A stretch of 64,000 nt of DNA, taken from positions 1,917 through 65,916 of the forward strand of contig CAZFNI010000012.1 of assembly GCA_964520655.1 (NCBI GenBank), written 5' to 3'. The first letter of the stretch is position 1; every line of letters begins with the position of its first letter. This stretch comes from an uncultured Planctomycetales bacterium (GTDB lineage Bacteria > Omnitrophota > Gorgyraeia > Zapsychrales > Fredricksoniimonadaceae). The notes under the pieces are model-generated. The model was given only the letters and a program-made list of their open reading frames with translations. It did no database searches and was not told the DNA's origin. This document shows, piece after piece, positions 36,641 through 47,835 of the stretch. Made by a program: the position numbers and the translations under genes.

Positions 36641-37455
36641 TCCTTGGCTACAGGCTTTTCTTCGCCCTTAGTTCTCTCGATAAAATTCAAAAGCCCCTGA
36701 GGCTCCTCATTGCGTTGGTAATCTTCTAAAATATCTTTAGCTTCTTGGGGATCCAGCGCACCATCTCCTTTATTTTCTGTCCCACTGTTCTTATTGTCTA
36801 GGGATTTCTTAGTCTGTTGATCTTTCGGCTCAGATGAAGCGTCATGTTTTTCCTGCTGTTTGTCTTTATCTCCGTTCTTTTGCTCCTCACCTGACTTATT
36901 GGGCTGCTCCTGCTGCCCTTGACCCTGGTCATTCTTTTGTCCCTGATCACGCTGATCCTCTTTACCCGACTTGTCTTTATCCTTTTGATCCTTATTATGA
37001 TCTTTGTTCTGATCTTTTTGCTGATCTTGCTCTTTATCCTTTTTCTGTTGTTGCTTTTGCTGTTGATCCTGCTGCTGTTTCTTCTTTTTCTTTAGTTTCT
37101 CTAATTCTCTAGAAACAATATCACGATTAAAGACAGCATCGGCATCCTTACCGTTCTTGTTAATCACGTCGATATAACTTGAAAGAGACTTCTCCAGATC
37201 ATCGATCGCCCCATCTAAATTCGTTTGAGCTCGAGCCTTACCCTGACGAAAATAGGTGTTTCCTAAATTATACCGCGCGACATCGTCCTGCCCACCTTCC
37301 TTTAAGGCATTCTGGTAGAACTTGACAGCTTCCTCATACTGTCCTTGACGGTAGCTGGCATTACCATTCTTAACGATATCGGCAGAATTGCCCGCCCAAA
37401 GGTTGGAAGCAGCGGTCAGAATAATAAAGCAATTAAGCACACACTTAAGAACCAT
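36634..37455 (-). CDS. batC: BatC-like TPR protein with a long K/Q/D-rich low-complexity tail
   Basis: There are N-terminal TPRs (YRQGQYEEAVKFYQNALK...). A ~110-aa KKKKQQQDQQQKQQQKKDKEQDQQKD... segment follows. Confidence 0.55.
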   Translation of the reverse strand: MVLKCVLNCFIILTAASNLWAGNSADIVKNGNASYRQGQYEEAVKFYQNALKEGGQDDVARYNLGNTYFRQGKARAQTNLDGAIDDLEKSLSSYIDVINKNGKDADAVFNRDIVSRELEKLKKKKKQQQDQQQKQQQKKDKEQDQQKDQNKDHNKDQKDKDKSGKEDQRDQGQKNDQGQGQQEQPNKSGEEQKNGDKDKQQEKHDASSEPKDQQTKKSLDNKNSGTENKGDGALDPQEAKDILEDYQRNEEPQGLLNFIERTKGEEKPVAKDW

Positions 37456-38387
37456 TGGAACCTTTCGTAATACTTCTTCTCTTTTCTCTGTTCAACATCT
37501 GTTTTATCCAGTTTTGATATCTGTTCCTGGTACAAATAATCCAAACCGAATTGCGCCCCGGACGAACGGACATACGCACCACTGGTTAAATACGCGATCT
37601 GCTGCAGAACATTCTCATTCAATCGGGATTTCACATAATTACCCTGAGCATCTTTCAAATATTGAACGCCTCCGTTCTCATCCGGGATCTGGATCAAATC
37701 CCCCGCTGCTGTTCCCATCCCAACTGTATAGATCTTCATGTTAAGCTCTTTGGCCTTCTTGGCCGAACTTAACAGTTCCCCCTCAAGATCTTCACCATCA
37801 GTGATGATGACCAAGGATTTATAATGCCCTTTGGACCCTTTATAGGCTTTCTCTGCCTCAGTGATCGCGCTGGAAATATCTGTTCCGCCGCGGGGAATGG
37901 TGTCGGTACTTAGGTCATTGAGACTTAAAAAAAAACCATTGTAATCATTGGTCAAGGGACAGACCAAAAAAGCTGTTCCCGCGAATGCGATCAACCCTAC
38001 TCTGTCGCCTTTTAATTTCTTTAACAGATCTTTTATCTCTAATTTGGTCCGCTCAAGCCGGGAAGGCTTGACATCCTGAGTTAACATGCTTTTTGAAACA
38101 TCGACCGCGATCAAAATATCAACGCCCTGACGTTTAACATCTTCGATTTTGTATCCCCATTGTGGACGCGCTAAGGCAATACAGGCAAATGCCAAAAGAA
38201 CCACCAGCGCTATTGCTTTACGCTGCCAGAAACGCCGGCTGTCAGCTTTCAACTTAGGCGATAACAATTCATTCTGCACAAAACGGTCTGTCAACACTGA
38301 CCGGCGCTGGTATAAAAAGTACAATCCAAACGCCACTAGCGGCAGAAACCACAAACCATGCAAATATATCGGCGCTCCGAAATCCAT
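37416..38387 (-). CDS. batB: BatB-like von Willebrand factor A-domain membrane protein
   Basis: There are two N-terminal TM segments. The VWA MIDAS motif is DVSKSM. Confidence 0.7.
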   Translation of the reverse strand: MDFGAPIYLHGLWFLPLVAFGLYFLYQRRSVLTDRFVQNELLSPKLKADSRRFWQRKAIALVVLLAFACIALARPQWGYKIEDVKRQGVDILIAVDVSKSMLTQDVKPSRLERTKLEIKDLLKKLKGDRVGLIAFAGTAFLVCPLTNDYNGFFLSLNDLSTDTIPRGGTDISSAITEAEKAYKGSKGHYKSLVIITDGEDLEGELLSSAKKAKELNMKIYTVGMGTAAGDLIQIPDENGGVQYLKDAQGNYVKSRLNENVLQQIAYLTSGAYVRSSGAQFGLDYLYQEQISKLDKTDVEQRKEKKYYERFQWFLSVCLIALLF

Positions 38388-38388
38388 C

Positions 38389-39384
38389 TTACGGTATCCT
38401 AAAGAACAATGTGTTGATCAATAGTGTCTCTAGTGCCAAAAACAATATTCCAGCAATGACGAATACACCGAACAGTTCCTGATACTGCTTATACCCCACC
38501 TGTTCGATCTTTGTTTTTTCCAACTGATCGATCGCTTTATACACATTGCGCAGCGATTCCGTGTCGGTAGCCCGGTAATATTGCGCATGAGTCATATCCG
38601 CGATCTTTTTAAGACCTTCTTCATCAATGTCTGTTGGAATATTCTGGTAGAATGTGCGGCCGAACATATCCTTGACGGGATAAGGCGCATACCCTTTGGC
38701 GCCGGCACCGATGGTGTAGACCTTGATCCCCAGCGCGGCTGCTGTTTTGGCCGCGGTCATCGGTTCAATAGAACCCGTATTATTGACCCCGTCCGTCAAA
38801 AGGATAATGATCTTGGATTTGGCTTTACTGTTCTTAAAGCGTGAGATCCCCGATGCAATGCCCGAACCGATCGCTGTCCCATCCTCGATCAGTCCTAAAC
38901 GCATCCTGGATAAATTAGCCTGAAGCCAATTGCGGTCGGTCGTCAACGGACAAATGGTGTAGGCTTTAGCAGCAAACCCGATCAAACCGATCTGGTCGTT
39001 GGGACGGGCATCAATGAACTCCCCGACAACTTTCTTAATGATATCAAATCGATTCAAGCGTTTCCCGTCGATCTTAAAGTCCTCCGCCATCATACTACCG
39101 GAACAGTCCAGTGCCAGAACAATATCGATCCCCTCAGACAAAACGCGACTCTCCTCCAACACTTTCCTGGGACCGGCGATCGCGATACACAACAGCACCG
39201 CGGCCAGAACACGGCAGGCCAATGGAAGCCAGGAAAACTGCAGCCTCCAGGTCGATGGCAAACCACCCACAATATCCGTGGATGAGAAGATGACATCTTC
39301 CTGTTTGTGTCTGCGCCAAAAAAAGAACATCACAAAAAGGATCACAGGGATCAGCACAAGCAATATGGGCGTTTTAAATTCCAT
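38389..39384 (-). CDS. batA: BatA-like von Willebrand factor A-domain membrane protein
   Basis: There is an N-terminal TM segment. The VWA motif is LDCSGSM, followed by a C-terminal TM segment. Confidence 0.7.
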   Translation of the reverse strand: MEFKTPILLVLIPVILFVMFFFWRRHKQEDVIFSSTDIVGGLPSTWRLQFSWLPLACRVLAAVLLCIAIAGPRKVLEESRVLSEGIDIVLALDCSGSMMAEDFKIDGKRLNRFDIIKKVVGEFIDARPNDQIGLIGFAAKAYTICPLTTDRNWLQANLSRMRLGLIEDGTAIGSGIASGISRFKNSKAKSKIIILLTDGVNNTGSIEPMTAAKTAAALGIKVYTIGAGAKGYAPYPVKDMFGRTFYQNIPTDIDEEGLKKIADMTHAQYYRATDTESLRNVYKAIDQLEKTKIEQVGYKQYQELFGVFVIAGILFLALETLLINTLFFRIP

Positions 39385-39877
39385 GGTGTGTGTCCATAAT
39401 CAATTGCTTAGCCAGATCGAAATTCTGCTGAGCTTCATTCACGGTCGGCAAATGTTTGGCAAATTTAACCATATCGCACCCATTCAAGAAATCTCTTAGT
39501 GATCTTTTATGATCATCAGTTAACAGCGTGCTGGTTTGCGCGAATACCAGGAATTCTTCCGTGGTCATCTCGGGAGCCTTGAATCCAAATTGCCCCTCCA
39601 GATAATGACGGACAATGTCGGATAAACAAATATAAAATTCTTTAAACTGACCTAACTGCGGATATCCTTTCTGATAAAGCTCCTCTAATGCTTTTAGCGC
39701 GAGCTCAGCGGGCGGCCGTGAAGATATGGCCGGCAATGGCTCTGCCGGAGCCTTTTTCCTTCTTTTTAACCAGATATACGATCCCGCGATGATCAAAACA
39801 AGCAGTACACCTAACATGATCCATCCCCAAAGTGGGAATTCTACTGGAACCCGGATGTCTTTGATATCCTCTGTCAT
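39374..39877 (-). CDS. DUF4381-like small membrane protein of the Bat/MoxR operon
   Basis: 167 aa. It has one TM segment (LWGWIMLGVLLVLIIAGSYIWL). It sits between the DUF58 and batA genes, as in Bat operons. Confidence 0.4.
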   Translation of the reverse strand: MTEDIKDIRVPVEFPLWGWIMLGVLLVLIIAGSYIWLKRRKKAPAEPLPAISSRPPAELALKALEELYQKGYPQLGQFKEFYICLSDIVRHYLEGQFGFKAPEMTTEEFLVFAQTSTLLTDDHKRSLRDFLNGCDMVKFAKHLPTVNEAQQNFDLAKQLIMDTHHGI

Positions 39878-40752
39878 CGCCGGCCTTTTCTTCTGGCAAA
39901 AAAACTGATCAATGCTTTCGCATATGGTTCGTGGGTATGCACATCAATATGATCGACCCCTGTTTGAGCGAACAATCGCTCTCTGGCGTCAAGCCTCTGT
40001 CTGGCCTGGGCGGCATAGGCATCACGGACTTTTCTGTTGCTGGTATCCACAACCCTTTGCGCTCCCGTCTCGGCATCTTTTAAACTCACCAGCCCGCAAT
40101 CCGGCAATACGGCTTCACGCAGGTCATTGAGTGTTATCGCTATGATATCGTGATATTTATTCGTGATCTGAAGGGATTTTCTGTAGTTCTCTGACGTAAA
40201 AAAGTCTGAAATAACAAACGCAACGCTTTTACGTTTGGTCACTTTGCTTAAATAATCCAGGGCCATTTTCAGATCCGTACCTGTCCCCTTAGGCTTAAAA
40301 TACAACACCTCTCGGATGACCCGAAGCACATGGCTTTTGCCTTTACGCGGCGGGATGAACAGCTCGATCTCATCAGTGAACATGAGCAGTCCGACTTTAT
40401 CATTATTGCGGATCGCGGAAAATGCCAGGACAGCGGCGATCTCGGCGGCCAGTGTATTCTTTAATTCTTTGGTGGATCCAAAATAGGTGGAAGCGGACGC
40501 GTCAACTAAGATCATCACTGTCAGCTCGCGTTCTTCGACATATTTTTTGATATGAGCCAGTCCAGTACGGGCCGTCACATTCCAGTCAATGGTACGGACA
40601 TCATCACCGGGCTGGTATTCCCTCACCTCGTCAAATTCCATCCCCCGGCCTTTAAACACGCTGTGATACGCACCGGCGAAAATATCGCTGACTAAGTGAG
40701 TGGTCGTGATCTCAATGCGACGGACTTTTTCTAGGACAGCTTTGGGGATCAT
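39874..40752 (-). CDS. DUF58-family protein (VWA-like, MoxR partner)
   Basis: 292 aa. REYQPGDDVRTIDWNVTAR is the DUF58 hallmark. Confidence 0.7.
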   Translation of the reverse strand: MIPKAVLEKVRRIEITTTHLVSDIFAGAYHSVFKGRGMEFDEVREYQPGDDVRTIDWNVTARTGLAHIKKYVEERELTVMILVDASASTYFGSTKELKNTLAAEIAAVLAFSAIRNNDKVGLLMFTDEIELFIPPRKGKSHVLRVIREVLYFKPKGTGTDLKMALDYLSKVTKRKSVAFVISDFFTSENYRKSLQITNKYHDIIAITLNDLREAVLPDCGLVSLKDAETGAQRVVDTSNRKVRDAYAAQARQRLDARERLFAQTGVDHIDVHTHEPYAKALISFFARRKGRR

Positions 40753-41744
40753 GGGACTTCGATGGTATCAAAAATGATCTTGATCAGGTCTTCCGCAGTT
40801 TTTTCTTCCGCTTCGGCCTCGTAGCTGACCGCTATGCGATGGCGCAGAACATCTAGACCTATCGATTTAACATCCTGCGGCGTCACAAATCCTCGCCCAA
40901 CGATAAATGCGTACGCTTTAGCCGCGATGGCTAAATTGATCGTGGCCCTGGGACTTGCCCCGTATTGAATAAGACCCTTGAGATCCTTTAATTTATATTG
41001 CTCGGGATAGCGCGTGGCTTCCACGAGGTCGACAATATAATGCTCGATCTTCTCATCCATATAGACCTCATCAACGATCGATCGCAGACGGATGATGTCC
41101 TGGGGATGAAGGATCGGACGAACCTCATGATGGCTTTTGGTCGTGGCCATTCGCCTGAGGATCTTTAACTCTTCAACCTTTGTGGGATAGGTGATCTTGA
41201 CCTTGAGCATAAAACGGTCAACCTGGGCTTCAGGCAAAGGATATGTCCCTTCCTGCTCGATCGGATTCTGGGTAGCCAGAACTAGGAATGGTTCCGGTAG
41301 TTTTAAGGTCTCTTCCCCGATCGTCACCTGTCGTTCCTGCATGGCTTCCAGCAATGCGCTCTGGACTTTAGCCGGCGCGCGATTGATCTCATCGGCCAGG
41401 ATAATATTGGCGAATATGGGCCCTTTTTTAACATTGAATTGCCCGCTGCGCTGATCGTAGATCAATGTGCCTGTCAGATCCGCCGGCAGCATATCTGGAG
41501 TAAACTGCAGCCGGGCGAACTTTGCCTGAATAGTTTGGGATAATGTTTTAACCGCTGTGGTCTTGGCTAAGCCGGGAACCCCCTCGATCAAAATATGGCC
41601 ATTGGCAAGGATCCCAACCAGAAGCCTGTCTAATAAAGCTGTCTGGCCGACTAGAACTTTAGAGGCTTCCATGCGGATCGCTTCAATGACCGCAGATTCT
41701 TTTTTAATTTTCTCATTAATTTCTGCAATGTTGACCGAAGACAT
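40749..41744 (-). CDS. moxR: MoxR-family AAA+ ATPase
   Basis: The Walker A is GVPGLAKT. The length is ~330 aa and the layout is typical of MoxR. Confidence 0.85.
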   Translation of the reverse strand: MSSVNIAEINEKIKKESAVIEAIRMEASKVLVGQTALLDRLLVGILANGHILIEGVPGLAKTTAVKTLSQTIQAKFARLQFTPDMLPADLTGTLIYDQRSGQFNVKKGPIFANIILADEINRAPAKVQSALLEAMQERQVTIGEETLKLPEPFLVLATQNPIEQEGTYPLPEAQVDRFMLKVKITYPTKVEELKILRRMATTKSHHEVRPILHPQDIIRLRSIVDEVYMDEKIEHYIVDLVEATRYPEQYKLKDLKGLIQYGASPRATINLAIAAKAYAFIVGRGFVTPQDVKSIGLDVLRHRIAVSYEAEAEEKTAEDLIKIIFDTIEVP

Positions 41745-41938
41745 ATGATCCTCCCTTACACATCTTGAATTGGAATAGCCTTATTATAGTTTGTTTATGG
41801 TTAATTTCAATATACACCTTTAATAGGCACAGCACTCAATCTTGCAGCCATTGGGTCACAATAAACGAGGGCTACCTCCTCTATTTGTCCCCTATTTTTA
41901 ATTGACTTTTCCCCCTCTTTCCCCTATCTTGATGCGAT

Positions 41939-44900
41939 ATGAATCCGTCTATTCAACAACACCCCATCGCCAGGCTACTTAAAGATCGCATCCTTATTTT
42001 AGACGGTGCAATGGGCACCATGATCCAAAAGCACAAACCCGATGAAAAAACCTATCGCGGCGAGAGGTTCAAGGACTTTGCCCATGATGTTAAAGGCAAC
42101 AATGAGTTATTATCCCTCACCCAGCCTCAGATCATCCGTTCAATCCACGAGGCGTATTTAGCCGCAGGTGCGGACATCATTGAGACCAACACCTTCAATG
42201 CAAACCGCGTTTCCATGGCAGATTATCACATGGAATCATTAGTCTATGAATTAAACTTGACCTCTGCTAGGATCGCCCGCGAGGCTTGCGATAAATTCAC
42301 GCGGCAGAACCCTCAAAAACCGCGTTTTGTCGCCGGATCTGTCGGACCGACCAATAAAACAGCGTCTATATCTCCGGATGTTAATGACCCGGCTTTTCGC
42401 GGAATAAATTTTGACCAGCTCGTTGAGGCTTATTTGGAACAGCTTAAAGGGTTGGTCGACGGCGGTGTTGACCTGTTCTTGGTTGAGACCATTTTTGATA
42501 CATTGAACGCCAAAGCCGCCTTGTTCGCGATAGATACCTTTTGCGCTTCATTAGGCAGAAAGATCCCGATCATGATCTCCGGGACGATCACGGATGCCAG
42601 CGGACGCACCCTGTCAGGACAAACGACAGAAGCTTTCTGGATATCCATTAAACACAGCAACCCTTTAAGTTTTGGGCTCAACTGCGCGCTGGGCGCCAAA
42701 GACATGCGCCCTTATATCGAAGAATGTTCACGCATCGCGGATTGCTTTATCAGCTGCTATCCAAACGCCGGTCTACCCAACACCTTTGGCGAATATGACC
42801 AGGGATCACAGGAAATGGCAGGTTTGATACAAGATTTTGCCCAGAGCGGTTTTCTAAATATTGTCGGCGGATGCTGTGGAACAACGCCTGAGCATATCCA
42901 GGCGATCGCTGCCATCGTCAAGGACCTTAAGCCGCGCGCCATTCCAGTAATTCAACCACACACCTCATTTAGCGGCTTAGAACCATTGATCAAACGCAAA
43001 GAGACCAATTTCATCAATGTCGGGGAACGCACCAATGTCACCGGCTCCAAACAATTTGCCCGTCTAATCATGGCCGGACAATTCGACCAAGCCCTGGCTG
43101 TTGCCCGGCAGCAGGTCGAGAACGGCGCACAGATAATAGATGTGAACATGGATGAAGCCATGCTTAATTCCGTTGAGTCCATGACAAAGTTCCTGAACTT
43201 AGTCGCGGCAGAACCGGACATTAGTAAAGTCCCCATCATGATCGACTCTTCCCGCTGGAACGTGATCGAGGCTGGACTTAAATGCGTCCAGGGTAAAGCC
43301 ATTGTCAATTCGATCAGCATGAAAGAAGGTGAACAAGAATTCATCCGTCAGGCGACACTTGTTAAACGCTACGGCGCAGCCGCAGTTGTCATGGCTTTTG
43401 ATGAGAAAGGTCAAGCGGATACGGTTGAACGCCGTGTCAGCATCTGTCAGCGGGCCTATCACCTCTTAACTAAATCAGTCGGATTTGATCCTTCTGACAT
43501 TATCTTTGATCCAAACATTTTCGCGGTCGCAACCGGTATCGAAGAGCACAATAATTACGCGGTGGACTTCTTTAAAGCCACCCGTATCATCAAAGAAACC
43601 TGCCCCGGATGCCTTATTTCCGGCGGGGTCAGCAATGTTTCTTTTTCTTTCCGAGGTAATGATCCTGTCAGGGAAGCCATGCATTCTGCATTCCTTTACC
43701 ATGCTATTAAAGCCGGCATGGACATGGGGATCGTTAATGCCGGGATGATCGCGGTATACGACCAGATCCCCCAGGACCTATTGATCCTTGTTGAAGATGT
43801 GCTGCAAAACCGCCGCCCGGATGCAACGGAACGTCTGGTTTCCTTTGCTGAGAACTTTAAAACTCAAGGCAAAAAGACGGAAGAAGACCAAAGCTGGCGC
43901 AAAGAACCTGTTGAAAAACGGCTTTCCTATGCCTTGATCAAAGGCATTGTAGATTTCATTGATGTGGATGTCGAAGAAGCCCGTCTTAGATCCAGCAGAC
44001 CTCTGGATGTGATCGAAGGCCCATTGATGGATGGGATGAATATTGTCGGAGATCTTTTTGGAAGCGGAAAGATGTTCCTGCCCCAGGTCGTCAAAAGCGC
44101 CCGGGTCATGAAAAAAGCTGTAGCCTATCTTCTGCCCTACATGGAACAGAACAAAGATGATCAGGCAAAGAATGCCGGCGTTATCCTGATGGCGACCGTC
44201 AAAGGAGACGTGCATGATATCGGTAAAAACATCGTCGGAGTTGTTTTATCCTGCAACAATTTCAAAGTCATTGATCTTGGCGTCATGGTGTCATGTGAAA
44301 GAATACTCAAAGCGGCGAAAGAAGAAAAAGTTGATATGATCGGCCTTTCCGGGCTTATCACCCCCTCATTAGACGAAATGGTCCATGTGGCCCGCGAAAT
44401 GCAGCGCCTTGATTTTACTATTCCCTTAATGATCGGAGGAGCTACCACCTCCCCTAATCATACGGCCGTCAAGATCACACCCGGTTACCCCAAAGGATTC
44501 ACTGTACACGTCAAAGACGCGTCGCGTGCTGTCGGTGTCTGCCGGGCACTCATGGATAAAAACGCCAGAAAAGAATTTATCTTATCGGCCAACGCGCAAT
44601 ATGAAAACCTGCGTCTTGAGCACCAAAAACTTTACCAGCAGCGGACTCTCGTCAGTTTACCCGAAGCGAGAAAAAAGAAGCTGGATATTGATTGGACCAC
44701 CTACCGTCCTGTCAAACCTTCCTTCCTTGGGATCAAAACGCTGGATCACATAGATCTGACAACCATCCGAAGCTATATTGATTGGTCGCCGTTCTTCATC
44801 GCCTGGGAACTCAAGGGTAAATTTCCCAACATCCTTAAAGACACCACTTATGGGGCCGAAGCCACACGCGTCTATAATGATGCCAATAATATCCTAGATG

Positions 44901-45622
44901 AGATCATCCGCAAGAGATCTTTGACAGCGAAAGCCTGTGTAGGTTTTTTTGCGGCAAACAGCATTGGGGATGACATTGAACTTTACACCGACGATACCCG
45001 TTCAAAGGTCTTAGGGGTTGTTCATAGCCTGCGCCAGCAATCCCCCGTTCGTCAGGATGATGCTTTCTTAGCGCAAGCGGATTATATTGCACCTAAGGAC
45101 AGCGGCGTACGTGATTATCTGGGGGCTTTTGCCTTAACAACCGGCATCGGACTAGATCAAATGGTCGCTGCCTATGAGGCTGATCACGACGATTATAAAA
45201 GCATTCTGGCCAAGGCCGTAGCTGATCGTTTAGCCGAAGCATTCGCCGAATACCTGCATGAACTGGTCCGGAAAGAATTATGGGGATATGCCCCGGACGA
45301 GAATCTCACCCGGGAACAGCTCACTCATGTGGATTATACCGGCATCCGTCCGGCTCCGGGTTATCCGGCATGTCCTGACCACACGGAAAAAGAATTTTTA
45401 TTCAAGATGCTTGATGCACACCGGATCACCGGCATCAGTTTAACAGAAAATTTTGCCATGACACCTACCGCTGCTGTCTGCGGACATTATTTCTCACTGC
45501 CGCAATCAAAATATTTTTCTTTAGGGAAGATCGGTAAGGACCAGGTGGAAGACTACGCCATACGCAAAAATATGCCTGTCCAAACAGTTGAACGCTGGCT
45601 TGGCCCTAATTTGGGTTATTAA
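41939..45622 (+). CDS. metH: Cobalamin-dependent methionine synthase
   Basis: 1227 aa. The order of the homocysteine-binding, pterin-binding, B12-binding ([10 protein letters not shown]) and AdoMet-activation domains is that of MetH. Confidence 0.9.
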   Translation: MNPSIQQHPIARLLKDRILILDGAMGTMIQKHKPDEKTYRGERFKDFAHDVKGNNELLSLTQPQIIRSIHEAYLAAGADIIETNTFNANRVSMADYHMESLVYELNLTSARIAREACDKFTRQNPQKPRFVAGSVGPTNKTASISPDVNDPAFRGINFDQLVEAYLEQLKGLVDGGVDLFLVETIFDTLNAKAALFAIDTFCASLGRKIPIMISGTITDASGRTLSGQTTEAFWISIKHSNPLSFGLNCALGAKDMRPYIEECSRIADCFISCYPNAGLPNTFGEYDQGSQEMAGLIQDFAQSGFLNIVGGCCGTTPEHIQAIAAIVKDLKPRAIPVIQPHTSFSGLEPLIKRKETNFINVGERTNVTGSKQFARLIMAGQFDQALAVARQQVENGAQIIDVNMDEAMLNSVESMTKFLNLVAAEPDISKVPIMIDSSRWNVIEAGLKCVQGKAIVNSISMKEGEQEFIRQATLVKRYGAAAVVMAFDEKGQADTVERRVSICQRAYHLLTKSVGFDPSDIIFDPNIFAVATGIEEHNNYAVDFFKATRIIKETCPGCLISGGVSNVSFSFRGNDPVREAMHSAFLYHAIKAGMDMGIVNAGMIAVYDQIPQDLLILVEDVLQNRRPDATERLVSFAENFKTQGKKTEEDQSWRKEPVEKRLSYALIKGIVDFIDVDVEEARLRSSRPLDVIEGPLMDGMNIVGDLFGSGKMFLPQVVKSARVMKKAVAYLLPYMEQNKDDQAKNAGVILMATVKGDVHDIGKNIVGVVLSCNNFKVIDLGVMVSCERILKAAKEEKVDMIGLSGLITPSLDEMVHVAREMQRLDFTIPLMIGGATTSPNHTAVKITPGYPKGFTVHVKDASRAVGVCRALMDKNARKEFILSANAQYENLRLEHQKLYQQRTLVSLPEARKKKLDIDWTTYRPVKPSFLGIKTLDHIDLTTIRSYIDWSPFFIAWELKGKFPNILKDTTYGAEATRVYNDANNILDEIIRKRSLTAKACVGFFAANSIGDDIELYTDDTRSKVLGVVHSLRQQSPVRQDDAFLAQADYIAPKDSGVRDYLGAFALTTGIGLDQMVAAYEADHDDYKSILAKAVADRLAEAFAEYLHELVRKELWGYAPDENLTREQLTHVDYTGIRPAPGYPACPDHTEKEFLFKMLDAHRITGISLTENFAMTPTAAVCGHYFSLPQSKYFSLGKIGKDQVEDYAIRKNMPVQTVERWLGPNLGY

Positions 45623-46124
45623 GACCCCGGGCAAAACTTTCCAAACGTTTCTGCGCCATTTGACTCCAAAATATCTCTTCAGTAGATGCCTGAGCGATCA
45701 CTTTTTGATAAAGAGCTGCCGATTTCTGATCATCGTGAAGCTGCTGATGGCAATACGCCAAATAATACATCGAGGGGATAAATAAGGAGTTGTGGTCGGA
45801 AAGACTTAAGAAATCCTGAAAGGCATCTTTTGCCGCCCTCCAGTTTCGTTGTTCATAATAATGCTGGGCCTTAAAATAGATCTTATTGATCTTGGCTAAA
45901 GGCTGTACCGAATCCTGGGCAAAACAATCAAGGTCACTTTTTAACAGCACCAGCAGGCTCATCAGCAAGATCCTCATCGCCTGCACCTTGATCAGCTTCA
46001 TCAGCGGCTGCTTCATCATTGACAGCCTCATCATCGCTGGTATTAGGGCCTTCTTCCATGACCGGCTCAGTATCTTTTTCACTGCTGTAATATTCTGTAT
46101 CATCCTTGCCATAACCCTCATCAT
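45606..46124 (-). CDS. Hypothetical secreted protein (start uncertain; possibly the 3' part of a frameshifted gene with 45934-46290)
   Basis: The internal segment [21 protein letters not shown] resembles a signal peptide. The remainder is TPR-like ([24 protein letters not shown]). It overlaps the next ORF in a different frame. Confidence 0.3.
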   Translation of the reverse strand: MMRVMARMIQNITAVKKILSRSWKKALIPAMMRLSMMKQPLMKLIKVQAMRILLMSLLVLLKSDLDCFAQDSVQPLAKINKIYFKAQHYYEQRNWRAAKDAFQDFLSLSDHNSLFIPSMYYLAYCHQQLHDDQKSAALYQKVIAQASTEEIFWSQMAQKRLESFARGLNNPN

Positions 46125-46290
46125 TCTCGATCAATTGGGTTTCTTCTTCAGGCTCGTTGACAGAAACTGCTTGAGCATAGGACGCTGCCGGAATTACTGA
46201 CAAGAACATCAATCCCATCAGGGATGATAATAATATATTTGACATATTCTCCCCTTTTTTTATTAATATACCACAATTCACTCTACCCAA
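45934..46290 (-). CDS. Secreted, highly acidic low-complexity protein
   Basis: The signal peptide is MSNILLSSLMGLMFLSVIPAASYAQA. A D/E-rich tail follows. Confidence 0.35.
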   Translation of the reverse strand: MGRVNCGILIKKGENMSNILLSSLMGLMFLSVIPAASYAQAVSVNEPEEETQLIENDEGYGKDDTEYYSSEKDTEPVMEEGPNTSDDEAVNDEAAADEADQGAGDEDLADEPAGAVKK

Positions 46291-46313
46291 CAGGTGAATT
46301 TTTATTTTTAAGT

Positions 46314-46952
46314 CTAAACCAACCCCTGATCCAACGCATATTTCACCAGGGCCGCTGTATTCCTGACCCCAAGCTTATGATTAAGCCTGTTGCGGTGCGC
46401 TTCAACCGTTCGAACACTGATCTTTAACTGAGCCGCGATATTTTTGTTGGCCAATCCTCCCGCTACGCAATGCACAATTTGTTTCTCCCTGCTTGTGAGA
46501 ATATCTATACTTCTCGCAGAATGTGCATTTAAAGAACGGGCGAATTGCAGCGCTATCTGATCAGAGATCGACGGTGAAACATAGCGCTTGCCCCCCATCA
46601 CGACTTTCAAGGCTGTGATCAATTCATCAAATGCACAATCCTTAAGAACATAACCGTGAGCACCCATCGCTAACGCACGTTTATAATGCTCTGTATCTTT
46701 GTGCATGGTCAAGATCAGGCATTTTAACTTGGGGTATAAAACCCTGATCTTTTCAAGGGCCTGCAAACCGTCTAAGTTCGGCATGGACAGATCCAGAACA
46801 AGACAATCCAGCGCTTTCATATTGATCTTATCGAGCAATTCTTCACCATCGCCGGCCTGGCCGACAATCTTGAACTCACGGCTGGACTCCAGGAGGTTTT
46901 TTAAACCATTGCGGAAAATCTCATGATCATCGACAAGGAATATGCGGATCAT
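46314..46952 (-). CDS. NarL/LuxR-family two-component response regulator
   Basis: The receiver domain is MIRIFLVDDHEIFRNGL...LDLSMPNLDG. The C-terminal LuxR HTH is ILTSREKQIVHCVAGGLANKNIAAQLKISVRTVEAHR. Confidence 0.8.
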   Translation of the reverse strand: MIRIFLVDDHEIFRNGLKNLLESSREFKIVGQAGDGEELLDKINMKALDCLVLDLSMPNLDGLQALEKIRVLYPKLKCLILTMHKDTEHYKRALAMGAHGYVLKDCAFDELITALKVVMGGKRYVSPSISDQIALQFARSLNAHSARSIDILTSREKQIVHCVAGGLANKNIAAQLKISVRTVEAHRNRLNHKLGVRNTAALVKYALDQGLV

Positions 46953-46959
46953 TCAACGA

Positions 46960-47772
46960 TTAATACCCGTAACGAGTTTTGCGATAATTGCCGTGTCTTT
47001 TAACTGTGGACTGTTCATCTATCGGTTGATAGGATTCTGTCGGTGCGTCCCAGGGACTGACAACCGGCATGTCGCCGAAAAATTTCTTAGCCCACTCGAT
47101 CTCGACACGCTCCAGAGCCCGGACTGCGCAGGGCCTCAGGGCGGTATTCAACTGTACCTCATCCGGATTAAGCCGTCGCGCCACATCGGCAAGATCGGCA
47201 ACGCTGTCAATATTTTCATCAATGAGCATCACCTGCAAAGCCAGCTTGCCTTTGAATTTTTCCCGGAATTCACCGATCGCCGCAACAATGGCATTGAAAT
47301 CCAGGCCGCATTGCCCATCAACATTGACAAAAGACTCCTGATCATTCGCATCCAGTTTAGCTAAGACAAAATCCGCTTCCAATAGATCTGATTGAACCCC
47401 AGGATCGGTCATTAAAGAAGAATTGGTGATCACGGCGATCTTCTCTCGGCGGACTTGCCGTATCGCCCGGATCATTTCACCCAAATTACTGGCAAGCGTC
47501 GGCTCACCTCTGCCGGAAAATGTCAGATAATCAATGAAATACTTAGGAAGGCGCTGCAGCTCTTCAATGATGTCCTGTGTGCGTACATATTCCTGACGTT
47601 TATGGACCAGTTCCTTGGTTGTTCCCAACTGGCAATACACACAATTCATATTGCAGACTTTATCCTCACAGGACAATGGGTCGATCCCCAGCGACCGTCC
47701 AAGTCTCCAGGAATACACCGGCCCATACAGATATTTAAACGGCTGCGACATAAATGTCCCTCCATTAAACAC
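46960..47772 (-). CDS. Radical SAM enzyme
   Basis: It has the CNMNCVYCQ (CxxxCxxC) cluster motif and is 270 aa. The subfamily was not assigned. Confidence 0.65.
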   Translation of the reverse strand: MFNGGTFMSQPFKYLYGPVYSWRLGRSLGIDPLSCEDKVCNMNCVYCQLGTTKELVHKRQEYVRTQDIIEELQRLPKYFIDYLTFSGRGEPTLASNLGEMIRAIRQVRREKIAVITNSSLMTDPGVQSDLLEADFVLAKLDANDQESFVNVDGQCGLDFNAIVAAIGEFREKFKGKLALQVMLIDENIDSVADLADVARRLNPDEVQLNTALRPCAVRALERVEIEWAKKFFGDMPVVSPWDAPTESYQPIDEQSTVKRHGNYRKTRYGY

Positions 47773-47835
47773 ACGTTTCAGATAGGGTTATTGATTTACT
47801 ATAGATCACTTGGCGCAGCAGCCATATGCGTATTT

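Noticed and set aside
41745-41938. Possible SAM or cobalamin riboswitch in the 194-nt leader upstream of metH.
   Set aside because: No recognisable conserved riboswitch core elements were seen by eye. An Rfam or cmscan search would be needed, so no claim is made.
42430-45092. Multiple 60-145-aa minus-strand ORFs inside metH, and similar antisense ORFs inside ppdK, batA, feoB and msbA.
   Set aside because: They are antisense to well-supported long CDSs and have no motifs. They are spurious shadow ORFs.
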